Below are positions 44,685 through 54,841 of a stretch of 64,000 nt of DNA, piece after piece. Source of the stretch: Candidatus Saccharimonadota bacterium (GTDB lineage: Bacteria > Patescibacteriota > Saccharimonadia > Saccharimonadales > SLHW01); the NCBI GenBank assembly GCA_024635455.1, contig JAGXIU010000003.1, positions 67,966-131,965 on the forward strand, read 5' to 3'. The stretch's first letter is position 1. Each line of letters opens with the position of its first letter. The translations under genes and the position numbers were made by a program. The notes beneath the pieces are model-generated. The model did no database searches. It worked only from the letters and a program-made list of their open reading frames with translations, and had not been told where the DNA came from.

Positions 44685-45632
44685 GTGTTGCGGTTATTTT
44701 CTGCGAGTGAAGGAATCCACATCAGCCTCAGTCCCGAGGGTCTGTTTGAGTTCGGTTCATTCGTGTTCACCAATGCCATGCTATATGGTGTAATTTCCGC
44801 TGTTTTTATCTTTGTTTTTATGCGCTGGGCCGCCAAGCATGTATCAATTAAGCCAACCAAAAAAGCTGCCGTAGCAGTTATAGAGATGATGGTCGAATAT
44901 GTAATCGGCGTACTGAGCGGTGCATTCGGTTCACGAGAAAAAGGTGTGAAGTTTGCCCCAGTCTTTGCATTTTTCTTTATTTTTATTATCTTTAGTAACT
45001 TACTCGGCATCACTCCCTTTGTTAGTCCAGGTTTTACGCTTGGCGAGGCTCACCTCTTCCGGCCACTAACTGCAGATTTGAATGGTACGATCGCACTGAG
45101 TGTTATTGCTATTATTGTTGTCCAAGTACTTAGTATAAAAGAGCAAGGTGTTAAGAAACACGCCCAACATTACTTTAGTGACAAGCCCCTCAACCCGATC
45201 AACTTCTTTATAGGTGTGCTTGAGGTATTTAGCGAGTTCACACGTATCGTTAGCCTTAGCTTGCGTCTCTTCCTGAATACTGCCGTAGGTGAGATTCTTA
45301 TCGCAGTGTTTACCAGCATGATACTCGTAAATGGGCGTACGCCAATTGCCGTCATACCAATTCTTTTATTTGAGGTTCTGGTTGCCTACATTCAGGCGTA
45401 CGTATTCACCGTACTGACGGCGAACTATTTGGGCATTGCCATAGCACACGCTGATGATCACCATGACGATGAGCAAACAGAAGCTGATCAGCCAAACGAG
45501 CAAACCGCTAGCACAATTCCGGACTCCTCAATGTCTTCCGCCTCCAGCGTGAGTTCTGCCAGTACGAACAATTTCCATGACCATCTCTCCCCTGCTACAC
45601 TAAATAACCGGTTGGTAGGCTCGGATGGCTAA
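44685..45632 (+). CDS. atpB: F0F1 ATP synthase subunit a, with a ~60-aa His/Asp/Ser-rich C-terminal extension
   Basis: Conserved Arg context LSLRLFLN and ...YIQAYVFTVLTANYLG. GTG start is uncertain because the AAGGAG SD lies 13 nt upstream. Confidence 0.85.
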   Translation: MLRLFSASEGIHISLSPEGLFEFGSFVFTNAMLYGVISAVFIFVFMRWAAKHVSIKPTKKAAVAVIEMMVEYVIGVLSGAFGSREKGVKFAPVFAFFFIFIIFSNLLGITPFVSPGFTLGEAHLFRPLTADLNGTIALSVIAIIVVQVLSIKEQGVKKHAQHYFSDKPLNPINFFIGVLEVFSEFTRIVSLSLRLFLNTAVGEILIAVFTSMILVNGRTPIAVIPILLFEVLVAYIQAYVFTVLTANYLGIAIAHADDHHDDEQTEADQPNEQTASTIPDSSMSSASSVSSASTNNFHDHLSPATLNNRLVGSDG

Positions 45633-45668
45633 GGATAAATTAAGGGAAAAAGAAGGAGTAACATAAAT

Positions 45669-45902
45669 ATGGTTGATTTATTGGCGCAAGCAGAATCCAG
45701 CATTGCAATCTCGAAGGGGATTATGCTTGGTATATCACTCGGTGCAGCTGCACTTGGACTTGCACTGCTCGGCGCAAACTACATGAAGGCTTTGGGTCGT
45801 AACCCAGAAGCTGGCAAGACAGCAAACGCGATTATTATTATCGCTGCTATGATTGAGGTAACTGCCCTTTTGGCATTCCTCCTCGGCGCATTCTTGTTCT
45901 AA
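45669..45902 (+). CDS. atpE: F0F1 ATP synthase subunit c
   Basis: 77-aa helical hairpin. Gly/Ala-rich TM1, loop RNPE, and the carboxylate in MIEVTALLAF. Confidence 0.9.
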   Translation: MVDLLAQAESSIAISKGIMLGISLGAAALGLALLGANYMKALGRNPEAGKTANAIIIIAAMIEVTALLAFLLGAFLF

Positions 45903-45941
45903 ATACAGCTACATAAGGCAACGGAAGAAAGGTAACCATAC

Positions 45942-46469
45942 ATGATTCACATATTTGCAGCGACTGAAGACCTAGAAGGTATTGCAGCGCTTGGTATTGA
46001 TCCCTGGGCCATTTTGGCGCAGACGGTTACCCTTCTGACGTTGTTCTACGTTGTTAAGAGGTTTGCATTAGACAAGATCGTTACTATGCTGCAAGAGCGT
46101 CACAAGAAGATCGATAGTGGCGTGCGACTCGGGTATAAAATGGAGAAAGAATTCTCGAATCTACAGGAAAAAGTAGAAGCAGAGCTGCACAAAGCACGAC
46201 TTGATGCTGACAAGATACTAGATGAAGCTCACCAGGAATCATCTGAAATTGTTAAAGCCGCAGAAGAAAAGGCCAGCCATAAAGTTGAGCAGATGATAAT
46301 TGACGCTGAAGCAAAGATAGGGACAGACATGGAGCGTGCTCGCAAGGAGTTACAGCAAGACGTCGTTAATTTAGTTGCTGACGCGACAGAAGTTGTGCTA
46401 CGCGAAAAGCTCGATCCGGACAAAGACATGAAGCTGATTGAGCGTGCAATATCAGAGGTATCCCAGTGA
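45942..46469 (+). CDS. atpF: F0F1 ATP synthase subunit b
   Basis: 175 aa. One N-terminal TM followed by a long charged helix. Position in the operon supports the call. Confidence 0.85.
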   Translation: MIHIFAATEDLEGIAALGIDPWAILAQTVTLLTLFYVVKRFALDKIVTMLQERHKKIDSGVRLGYKMEKEFSNLQEKVEAELHKARLDADKILDEAHQESSEIVKAAEEKASHKVEQMIIDAEAKIGTDMERARKELQQDVVNLVADATEVVLREKLDPDKDMKLIERAISEVSQ

Positions 46470-46855
46470 GCACTTCTCTACCACGTAAAGAGCTCGCCCA
46501 GGCTTTGCTTGATATCGTAGCTTCGTCTAGTGACGCACCTAAAGTTATTGATCAGATTGCCGCCTATCTCGTTACCGAAGGACGCGCAGCAGAACTTGAT
46601 GCACTACTTAGGGACATGGAGGATATCCAGCTTGCGAAGAACGGCCTACAAGAAGTACAAACCACCAGTGCTCAAACATTATCCGCAGACGTAAAGCGCG
46701 CCATCGAATCCTTATTCGATGCCGAGCATGTACGTCTACATGAATCCATAGACGATCAGTTAGTTGGTGGCGTCCGTGTCCGCTCAAAAGATACGGTTAT
46801 GGATCTGAGCATACGAACACAGTTAAACCGATTAAAGCACAGCGTTAAGGTATAG
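46466..46855 (+). CDS. atpH: F0F1 ATP synthase subunit delta (short, 129 aa)
   Basis: OSCP-type C-terminus [30 protein letters not shown] overlap with atpF. Confidence 0.8.
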   Translation: MSTSLPRKELAQALLDIVASSSDAPKVIDQIAAYLVTEGRAAELDALLRDMEDIQLAKNGLQEVQTTSAQTLSADVKRAIESLFDAEHVRLHESIDDQLVGGVRVRSKDTVMDLSIRTQLNRLKHSVKV

Positions 46856-46877
46856 AGGAGATAATCAGGGAAATATT

Positions 46878-48455
46878 ATGGCAACAACATCGAACACAGT
46901 ATCAATCAAAGAACTCAGTCAGGACATCCGGGCTGCAATTGAAGAGCTCAAAACTAAACCTGAGATAGAAGAAGTTGGTATTGTCACACGTATTGGTGAC
47001 GGCATTGCCTGGATTTATGGGCTACGATCATGTGGCTATAACGAAATGATAGAAATCGAGACCAATGACGGTGGTACACTGACAGCGTTTGCGCTGAACT
47101 TAGGTACTGATGAAATCGGTGCAGTGCTCCTCGGAGATGAGACAGGTGTTGGCGCAGGAGCAACTGCTCGCCTAACCGGCTCTATACTGCAAGTACCAAC
47201 TGGCCCAGAACTAGTTGGTCGTGTGGTTAATCCACTCGGTCAACCACTTGATGATAAGGGTCCTATTAAGACCAAACAATTTAGCCCAGTTGAGCAACCA
47301 GCCCCAAGCGTGCTTGATAGAAAAAGTGTCGACGAGCCAATGATGACTGGCCTGCTTTCTATCGATGCCATGGTGCCAATTGGCCGGGGCCAGCGAGAGC
47401 TAATTATTGGTGACCGTCAAACTGGTAAAACTGCTATCGCGGTTGATACTATGATTAATCAACACAAGCAAGAGACTGGTGTTATAAATATCTACGTTGC
47501 GATTGGGCAAAAACTTAGTAAGGTTGCTGCTCTCGTGGAGCGCCTTAAGCGAGAAGGTGTTATGGAGCAGTCCATTATCGTGGCAACCTCAGCGGCCGAT
47601 CCAGCTAGCTTACAGTACCTAGCGCCATATGCAGGTTGTAGTATGGGTGAATATTTCCGTGATAATGCTCAGCACGCACTCATCATCTATGATGATTTAA
47701 CCAAACACGCTGCAGCCTACCGGCAAATGTCTCTACTCTTACGCCGCCCTCCTGGCCGTGAAGCCTACCCGGGCGATGTATTCTATCTACACTCTCGCCT
47801 CCTGGAGCGAGCTGCCAAGCTTAACGATGAGCTCGGCGCAGGTAGCTTAACTGCTCTGCCAATTATTGAGACACAAGCTGGCGATATTAGCGCCTATATA
47901 CCGACCAACGTTATATCTATCACTGATGGACAAATATTCATGGAGACGAATCTGTTCTACCAGGGCGTTCGGCCGGCTATATCAGTCGGTTTGTCGGTAT
48001 CTCGTGTTGGTGGTGCTGCACAGACCAAAGCCGTTAAGAGTGTGGCTGGCAACTTACGTCTAGGCCTTGCACAGTTCCGTGAATTAGCAGCCTTCGCTCA
48101 GTTTTCAACCGATCTAGACGCAGAGACCAAGCAGCGTATTGAGCGCGGTCAAAGGTTGACCGAACTTCTCAAACAGCCACAGTACAGCCCATTGAGTGTC
48201 TGGGAACAAACTGCTCTTCTATTGGCTGCCAATGAAGGTTGCTTTGATAGTGTTGGGCTAGCTGATGTAAAACACGCCAAAGATGCGCTTTTGAGTGATC
48301 TGCAAAAGCATCACAAGAGTATGATGAACACACTGAATGAGGGTGATAAGCCAACGGATAAGATGAAGTCAACTATCATTAAGACTGCAAATGATGTCAT
48401 GAAGAGTTATCATTCAGAAGAACAAGCTGAGGAGAAGACCACTACAACTTCTTAA
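46878..48455 (+). CDS. atpA: F0F1 ATP synthase subunit alpha
   Basis: Walker A GDRQTGKT, plus ...IYDDLTKHA...[26 protein letters not shown]. Confidence 0.95.
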   Translation: MATTSNTVSIKELSQDIRAAIEELKTKPEIEEVGIVTRIGDGIAWIYGLRSCGYNEMIEIETNDGGTLTAFALNLGTDEIGAVLLGDETGVGAGATARLTGSILQVPTGPELVGRVVNPLGQPLDDKGPIKTKQFSPVEQPAPSVLDRKSVDEPMMTGLLSIDAMVPIGRGQRELIIGDRQTGKTAIAVDTMINQHKQETGVINIYVAIGQKLSKVAALVERLKREGVMEQSIIVATSAADPASLQYLAPYAGCSMGEYFRDNAQHALIIYDDLTKHAAAYRQMSLLLRRPPGREAYPGDVFYLHSRLLERAAKLNDELGAGSLTALPIIETQAGDISAYIPTNVISITDGQIFMETNLFYQGVRPAISVGLSVSRVGGAAQTKAVKSVAGNLRLGLAQFRELAAFAQFSTDLDAETKQRIERGQRLTELLKQPQYSPLSVWEQTALLLAANEGCFDSVGLADVKHAKDALLSDLQKHHKSMMNTLNEGDKPTDKMKSTIIKTANDVMKSYHSEEQAEEKTTTTS

Positions 48456-48473
48456 TTGTAGGGAGAAATACGC

Positions 48474-49340
48474 ATGGCAAGTACACAACAGCTAAAACGA
48501 CGAATCGGAAGCGTGAAGAACACGAAGCAGATTACTAAGGCTATGGAAATGGTAGCCGCCAGTAAGATGCGTCGGGCGCAGGATCATGCCCTGCAGTCAC
48601 GAGAGTTTCGTCGATTAGCTCGTCGGATTTTAGCTCGGCTGAGCGAGGTTACTGATGTAAGCAAGCACCCACTCTACGTTCAGCGATCAGTCAAAACGCG
48701 GTGGCACGTTTTTATCACGAGTGATCGCGGTTTAGCAGGTGCGTTTTATAGTAATTTGTTCCGTTCGTTTATGCGTGAACTTCAAGATGACAGTGAGCAT
48801 AGTGTAAGTAGTAAGGTTATCGTGATTGGCCGAAAAGGCGCTCACTTTATGAGCAAACTCGATGGTGTTGAGACGGTCGCAGTCTATGACGGCTTCCCTG
48901 AGCACCCAACTGCCGCCGATATACAACCGATACTGCGCAGTATTATTGATTCGTTCAAGCTAGAAAAAGCCGATAGGGTTGACGTGACGTATACAGACTT
49001 TCGCTCAAGCATATCTCAGGTAGTTGTAACCGAGCAGTTATTACCAGCGGTCTTTAAAGATTCAGAACCAGCTGAGGAGTTTGACCGCGCTATGGTAGAG
49101 CCAAGTCCAGAAGAAGTACTAGAGCAAATAAGTGAGCGCTTAGTAGAAGTTCAACTGTCTCAGGCTTTTCGCGAGTCACAAGCTAGTGAGCACTCAGCTC
49201 GTATGATGGCTATGAAAAGTGCGACTGATAATGCCGGGGATTTGATTGATGATTTGACGCTTGAGTTTAACACCGCCCGCCAAGCATCTATTACACAAGA
49301 ATTAGCTGAAATAACCGGCGGCGCAGAAGCAATAAATTAA
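48474..49340 (+). CDS. atpG: F0F1 ATP synthase subunit gamma
   Basis: N-terminus LKRRIGSVKNTKQITKAMEMVAASKMRRAQ. C-terminus ARQASITQELAEITGGAEA. Confidence 0.95.
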   Translation: MASTQQLKRRIGSVKNTKQITKAMEMVAASKMRRAQDHALQSREFRRLARRILARLSEVTDVSKHPLYVQRSVKTRWHVFITSDRGLAGAFYSNLFRSFMRELQDDSEHSVSSKVIVIGRKGAHFMSKLDGVETVAVYDGFPEHPTAADIQPILRSIIDSFKLEKADRVDVTYTDFRSSISQVVVTEQLLPAVFKDSEPAEEFDRAMVEPSPEEVLEQISERLVEVQLSQAFRESQASEHSARMMAMKSATDNAGDLIDDLTLEFNTARQASITQELAEITGGAEAIN

Positions 49341-49350
49341 GGGAGTCAGC

Positions 49351-51266
<1,916 letters not shown>

Positions 51267-51269
51267 TCC

Positions 51270-51500
51270 ATGCACAGCCAACCAATGTCACACGAAGAGT
51301 TTGAGCTTGCTGCTCGCGAATTGCCTCTTGAAACTACAGGAGATATGAGTTCTTCGCATCAAGTTGGGAGCGTGATATTTACGACGTCTTTTGAGAAGTC
51401 GCATCACGAGAGCATCCCAAAAGTACCAACGACATATTTAGTACAGGTTGCAGAAGTACTTGAGGAAGTAGCTCAGGCTACCCAGGAGAGTGATGCGTAA
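51270..51500 (+). CDS. Orphan 76-aa protein embedded between atpD and atpC
   Basis: Starts 3 nt after the atpD stop, with an AGAGG SD. No motif recognised. Confidence 0.6.
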   Translation: MHSQPMSHEEFELAARELPLETTGDMSSSHQVGSVIFTTSFEKSHHESIPKVPTTYLVQVAEVLEEVAQATQESDA

Positions 51501-51721
51501 TGAAAGAAATCAACACGTTTGACCAGCTTATGGAACAGATTACATGCGGCAATGTGGAGCTGGTCGGATACCAGAATGTCTGCTCTGATAGGCTAGTCCG
51601 TGTACACGACCACGGGACACCTCAACAGCTTATGGAAACACTTGAGCGTTCAGAGTATCAGGTAGCTGTGCCGCTCGCTGATGAAGTAATACGTATACCT
51701 CTGGAGGGTTCTGCTGCATGA
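51500..51721 (+). CDS. Orphan 73-aa protein embedded between atpD and atpC
   Basis: TAATG overlap with the previous ORF and ATGA overlap with atpC. AGGAG SD upstream. Confidence 0.6.
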   Translation: MKEINTFDQLMEQITCGNVELVGYQNVCSDRLVRVHDHGTPQQLMETLERSEYQVAVPLADEVIRIPLEGSAA

Positions 51722-52149
51722 TACATCTAGAGCTCGTTAGCCTTGAGGGTAAAAAGTACGATGCGGAAGTACATGAGGTACTCTTGCCTACTCCTGATGG
51801 ACAAATTGCAATATTCAAAAACCATGCACCACTGGTGAGTCTCGTAGCAGAAGGCATGATAGGTGTTCGACAAAGAGAAAATCACCCAGATGATATGGTT
51901 GAGTACTTCGCTACGACCGGAGGCGTCGTTGAGATTACTGATTCAGCTGTACGCATGTTAGTAGACGAGGCTGCTGGTAGCGACGAACTTGATGAAGCTG
52001 AGGCACACAAAGCACTTGAGCGCGCTAAGCAACTACGGAATGAAGCCAAGGATCAGGTTTCCCTGGAGCACGCTCAGCAAATGGTCAACCGGAGCGCTAC
52101 ACAACTCAAGGTAGCAGGCCTTAAGCGCCGACGCCGGCAATCTAAGTAA
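51718..52149 (+). CDS. atpC: F0F1 ATP synthase subunit epsilon
   Basis: LELVSLEGKKYDAEVHEVLLPTPDGQIAIFKNHAPLVSLV plus a C-terminal helical hairpin. GGAGG SD. Confidence 0.9.
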   Translation: MIHLELVSLEGKKYDAEVHEVLLPTPDGQIAIFKNHAPLVSLVAEGMIGVRQRENHPDDMVEYFATTGGVVEITDSAVRMLVDEAAGSDELDEAEAHKALERAKQLRNEAKDQVSLEHAQQMVNRSATQLKVAGLKRRRRQSK

Positions 52150-52260
52150 CATAACGTCATTTTCTCTGGTCAATAAACAGCACAATTGTACTTGCATTTC
52201 AGTATTTATCAGCGTAAGATTTGAACTTGTGTGAACTAATACAAATAGGAACCAGGACGT

Positions 52261-53283
52261 ATGACATACGAGAATCAATTTGAAGGAAACAACCCTACAG
52301 AGTTAAAGGCCAAGCCAACAACAGAAGCGTTATTAGTAGCCCCACATGGACTGGGCTATGGTGAGGGCGCAATATCTTATGAAAATCGGGCAAAGACCGA
52401 TGTGCCAGAGCAGGAGTTAGAAAAAGTCGCTTCATTATTGTTGAGCGGTGATGTCCTTGTCTCTATAGATACTGATAAGCTCACTGGTGAAGCACTTGAT
52501 GATGATGGTTGTGGCGATGGTCGCGGTATCACGAACGAACAAGGAGAAATCGTTGAGGTCATGCAAGGTGACAAAATCCTAAAAAAGTCATTAAACCGTG
52601 CAAAGGTTTTTGGTGGTGGTGCAACGATGGCGCTTTCAACGTTAATAGCAACTAATCAAGCAGAAAAACCACTACAAGATATGTTTAGCCAAGCCATGAA
52701 AGTAATGGATGATGCTGAGATAGATTATGGTGCACACAGTGACGAGCACGCAGGCGGTGATAAATCCGGTTGTGGTGCAATCGATAATGCGCCAAAGATT
52801 CTTCAAAATGCAGTCAAATACCGCGATAGCATCTATTCAACTATACTGAGTCTAGATGATGAAATCGATGCACAGATGTTAGACGAAGTACTGGATAGCT
52901 TTGCAAGCTATGCTGATACGCACCTAGGGGCTGAATATAGCGGCAAAGAAGTCCTTGATGGCATCAAAAAAGAAGAAAAGGTGGTGAAGAAACTAACATC
53001 TAATCATCATGAGATGTATATTGCACTTAATGACGTAGCGGGCTATACAGTTAACCAGCATGCCATACGTGATGCAACAGAAGAAAAAGTCCAAGTATTT
53101 GCTGTTGATACGTGGCGTATAAAAGAAATTGCCAATCGATTATATGAAAGTGAAGATAAAGAGCTCGGTCAAAAAGCAGTACTTGGTGAGATGATATATA
53201 CATTAGCCACAGCAGCAACCTTAACTGCTGGCGATTTACCCGTCTATCGTATGCAGGAGTCGCGAGAAGCAGTATATGCCTAG
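52261..53283 (+). CDS. Soluble protein of unknown function with CxDxR and H...CG motifs
   Basis: 340 aa. Contains DDDGCGDGRG and HSDEHAGGDKSGCGAIDN. No family recognised. Confidence 0.65.
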   Translation: MTYENQFEGNNPTELKAKPTTEALLVAPHGLGYGEGAISYENRAKTDVPEQELEKVASLLLSGDVLVSIDTDKLTGEALDDDGCGDGRGITNEQGEIVEVMQGDKILKKSLNRAKVFGGGATMALSTLIATNQAEKPLQDMFSQAMKVMDDAEIDYGAHSDEHAGGDKSGCGAIDNAPKILQNAVKYRDSIYSTILSLDDEIDAQMLDEVLDSFASYADTHLGAEYSGKEVLDGIKKEEKVVKKLTSNHHEMYIALNDVAGYTVNQHAIRDATEEKVQVFAVDTWRIKEIANRLYESEDKELGQKAVLGEMIYTLATAATLTAGDLPVYRMQESREAVYA

Positions 53284-53406
53284 AATTATAATATAATTAT
53301 AAAAATATTATAATAATAAAACTTTGTGTAGTACTTCTATTAACTGTTGATCTAGTATTTTCCGCTTTTGTCTTTTAATTTATTTAGACTACTATAGCTA
53401 TATAGT

Positions 53407-54831
53407 ATGAGTGAATTTATGCGTGAGAAATGTGCCGTTGCTGCCATGACCTCTTCCCTTAGTCGGGACGCAGCACCAGAGATGTATGAGCTATTGTTTG
53501 CAATGCAACATCGTGGGGTCGAAGGTAGTGGCATAGCTAGCTATAATCAAGCAGGTGTGTCACTCCATTCTGGCCCTGGCATGGTACGTGATATATATGA
53601 CGAATCTACTATATCTGCGCTCGCTGGCAACGTTGCTATTGGACATAACCGCTACACTACGAGTAGCCGTGATGTAGTGCACAATCAACCAATTGTAGAT
53701 TCATCCATTGACTTTGCCTTTGCTCATAACGGAAACTTACCAGACACCGATTCTCTCGAGTCTCACCTGCAAAACCATAACTTTCGTACACAACGCATGA
53801 ACGATTCTGAGATGATGTCATCGACTATTTCTCAGCTCATCCGTGACGGCTATGATCTTCCCGATGCAATAACAAGATCATACGACTTATTTCATGGCGC
53901 TTACTCTTGCGTCGCGATGCATGACGGTACTGCAGTTGCATTTCGTGACGAGTGCGGTATTCGTCCTCTCGCCGTTGGACAAACTATGGAGAGTAAAGTA
54001 GCAGTATCCGAGACCTGCGCACTCGATATAATTGACGCGCGTTATTTATTTGATGTTGAGCCTGGCGAAATGATTATCATGCGGGGCGATACGATCGATC
54101 GACAACAGTTGAAGCCAGCTAACCCAAAGCTTGATATGTTTGAACTTGTTTACTTTTCGCGTCACGATAGTTACCTATATGGACAGAGTGTAAACGAGGT
54201 ACGGTATCGTTTCGGCGAAAAACTTGCTGACGAGCACCCACCGACATCTGGAATAAATGGCGATACATTAGTAGTTCCAGTTCCAGACACTTCTGTTCCA
54301 GCTGCAGAAGGGTATGCTGACGCTCTTGGTTTACGACACCGCCAAGCAATTATTAAGAATCGTTTTATTGGCCGCTCGTTCATGCAGCCGACCGACCACG
54401 AGCGACGTACGCAGCTACGCAGGAAACACAACATTATCCCTGAATCGGTCAAAGGTAAAGATATTATTCTAATCGATGACTCGATTGTTCGATTAAATAC
54501 CATGCCTCGTCTCGTTGCTCTTGCGAGAGAAGCCGGCGCAAAAACAGTCCAAGTTTTAGTCGCCTCACCGCCAGTTCGGTTCCCGGATTACTATGGTATT
54601 GATACCCCAGAGCAGACTGAACTAGCTGCTGCTCAGCTGACTATAGAACAAATTCGTGAGCGTTCCAGTGCTGACTACTTAGGCTACTTATCACTCAGAG
54701 GAATGATAGAGGCAACAGGGGTAAAGCAAGATAAGTTTAATCTGTCTTGCTTTACTGGTGAATACCCAATAGATATCGGTAAAAGAACACGAGAAATCAA
54801 TGCTCCTGTGAGCATGGAAGGCTCAGAGTAA
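53407..54831 (+). CDS. purF: Amidophosphoribosyltransferase (PurF-type class II glutamine amidotransferase + PRTase)
   Basis: Short propeptide then CAV; HNRYTTSS; FAHNGNL; PRPP loop ILIDDSIVRLNT. 474 aa. Confidence 0.85.
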   Translation: MSEFMREKCAVAAMTSSLSRDAAPEMYELLFAMQHRGVEGSGIASYNQAGVSLHSGPGMVRDIYDESTISALAGNVAIGHNRYTTSSRDVVHNQPIVDSSIDFAFAHNGNLPDTDSLESHLQNHNFRTQRMNDSEMMSSTISQLIRDGYDLPDAITRSYDLFHGAYSCVAMHDGTAVAFRDECGIRPLAVGQTMESKVAVSETCALDIIDARYLFDVEPGEMIIMRGDTIDRQQLKPANPKLDMFELVYFSRHDSYLYGQSVNEVRYRFGEKLADEHPPTSGINGDTLVVPVPDTSVPAAEGYADALGLRHRQAIIKNRFIGRSFMQPTDHERRTQLRRKHNIIPESVKGKDIILIDDSIVRLNTMPRLVALAREAGAKTVQVLVASPPVRFPDYYGIDTPEQTELAAAQLTIEQIRERSSADYLGYLSLRGMIEATGVKQDKFNLSCFTGEYPIDIGKRTREINAPVSMEGSE

Positions 54832-54841
54832 CGTTCGAGAG

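Noticed and set aside
53284-53406. Purine/PRPP riboswitch or PurR box upstream of purF
   Set aside because: The region is nearly pure A/T, with no conserved riboswitch core (no paired GC stems) and no PurBox-like sequence.
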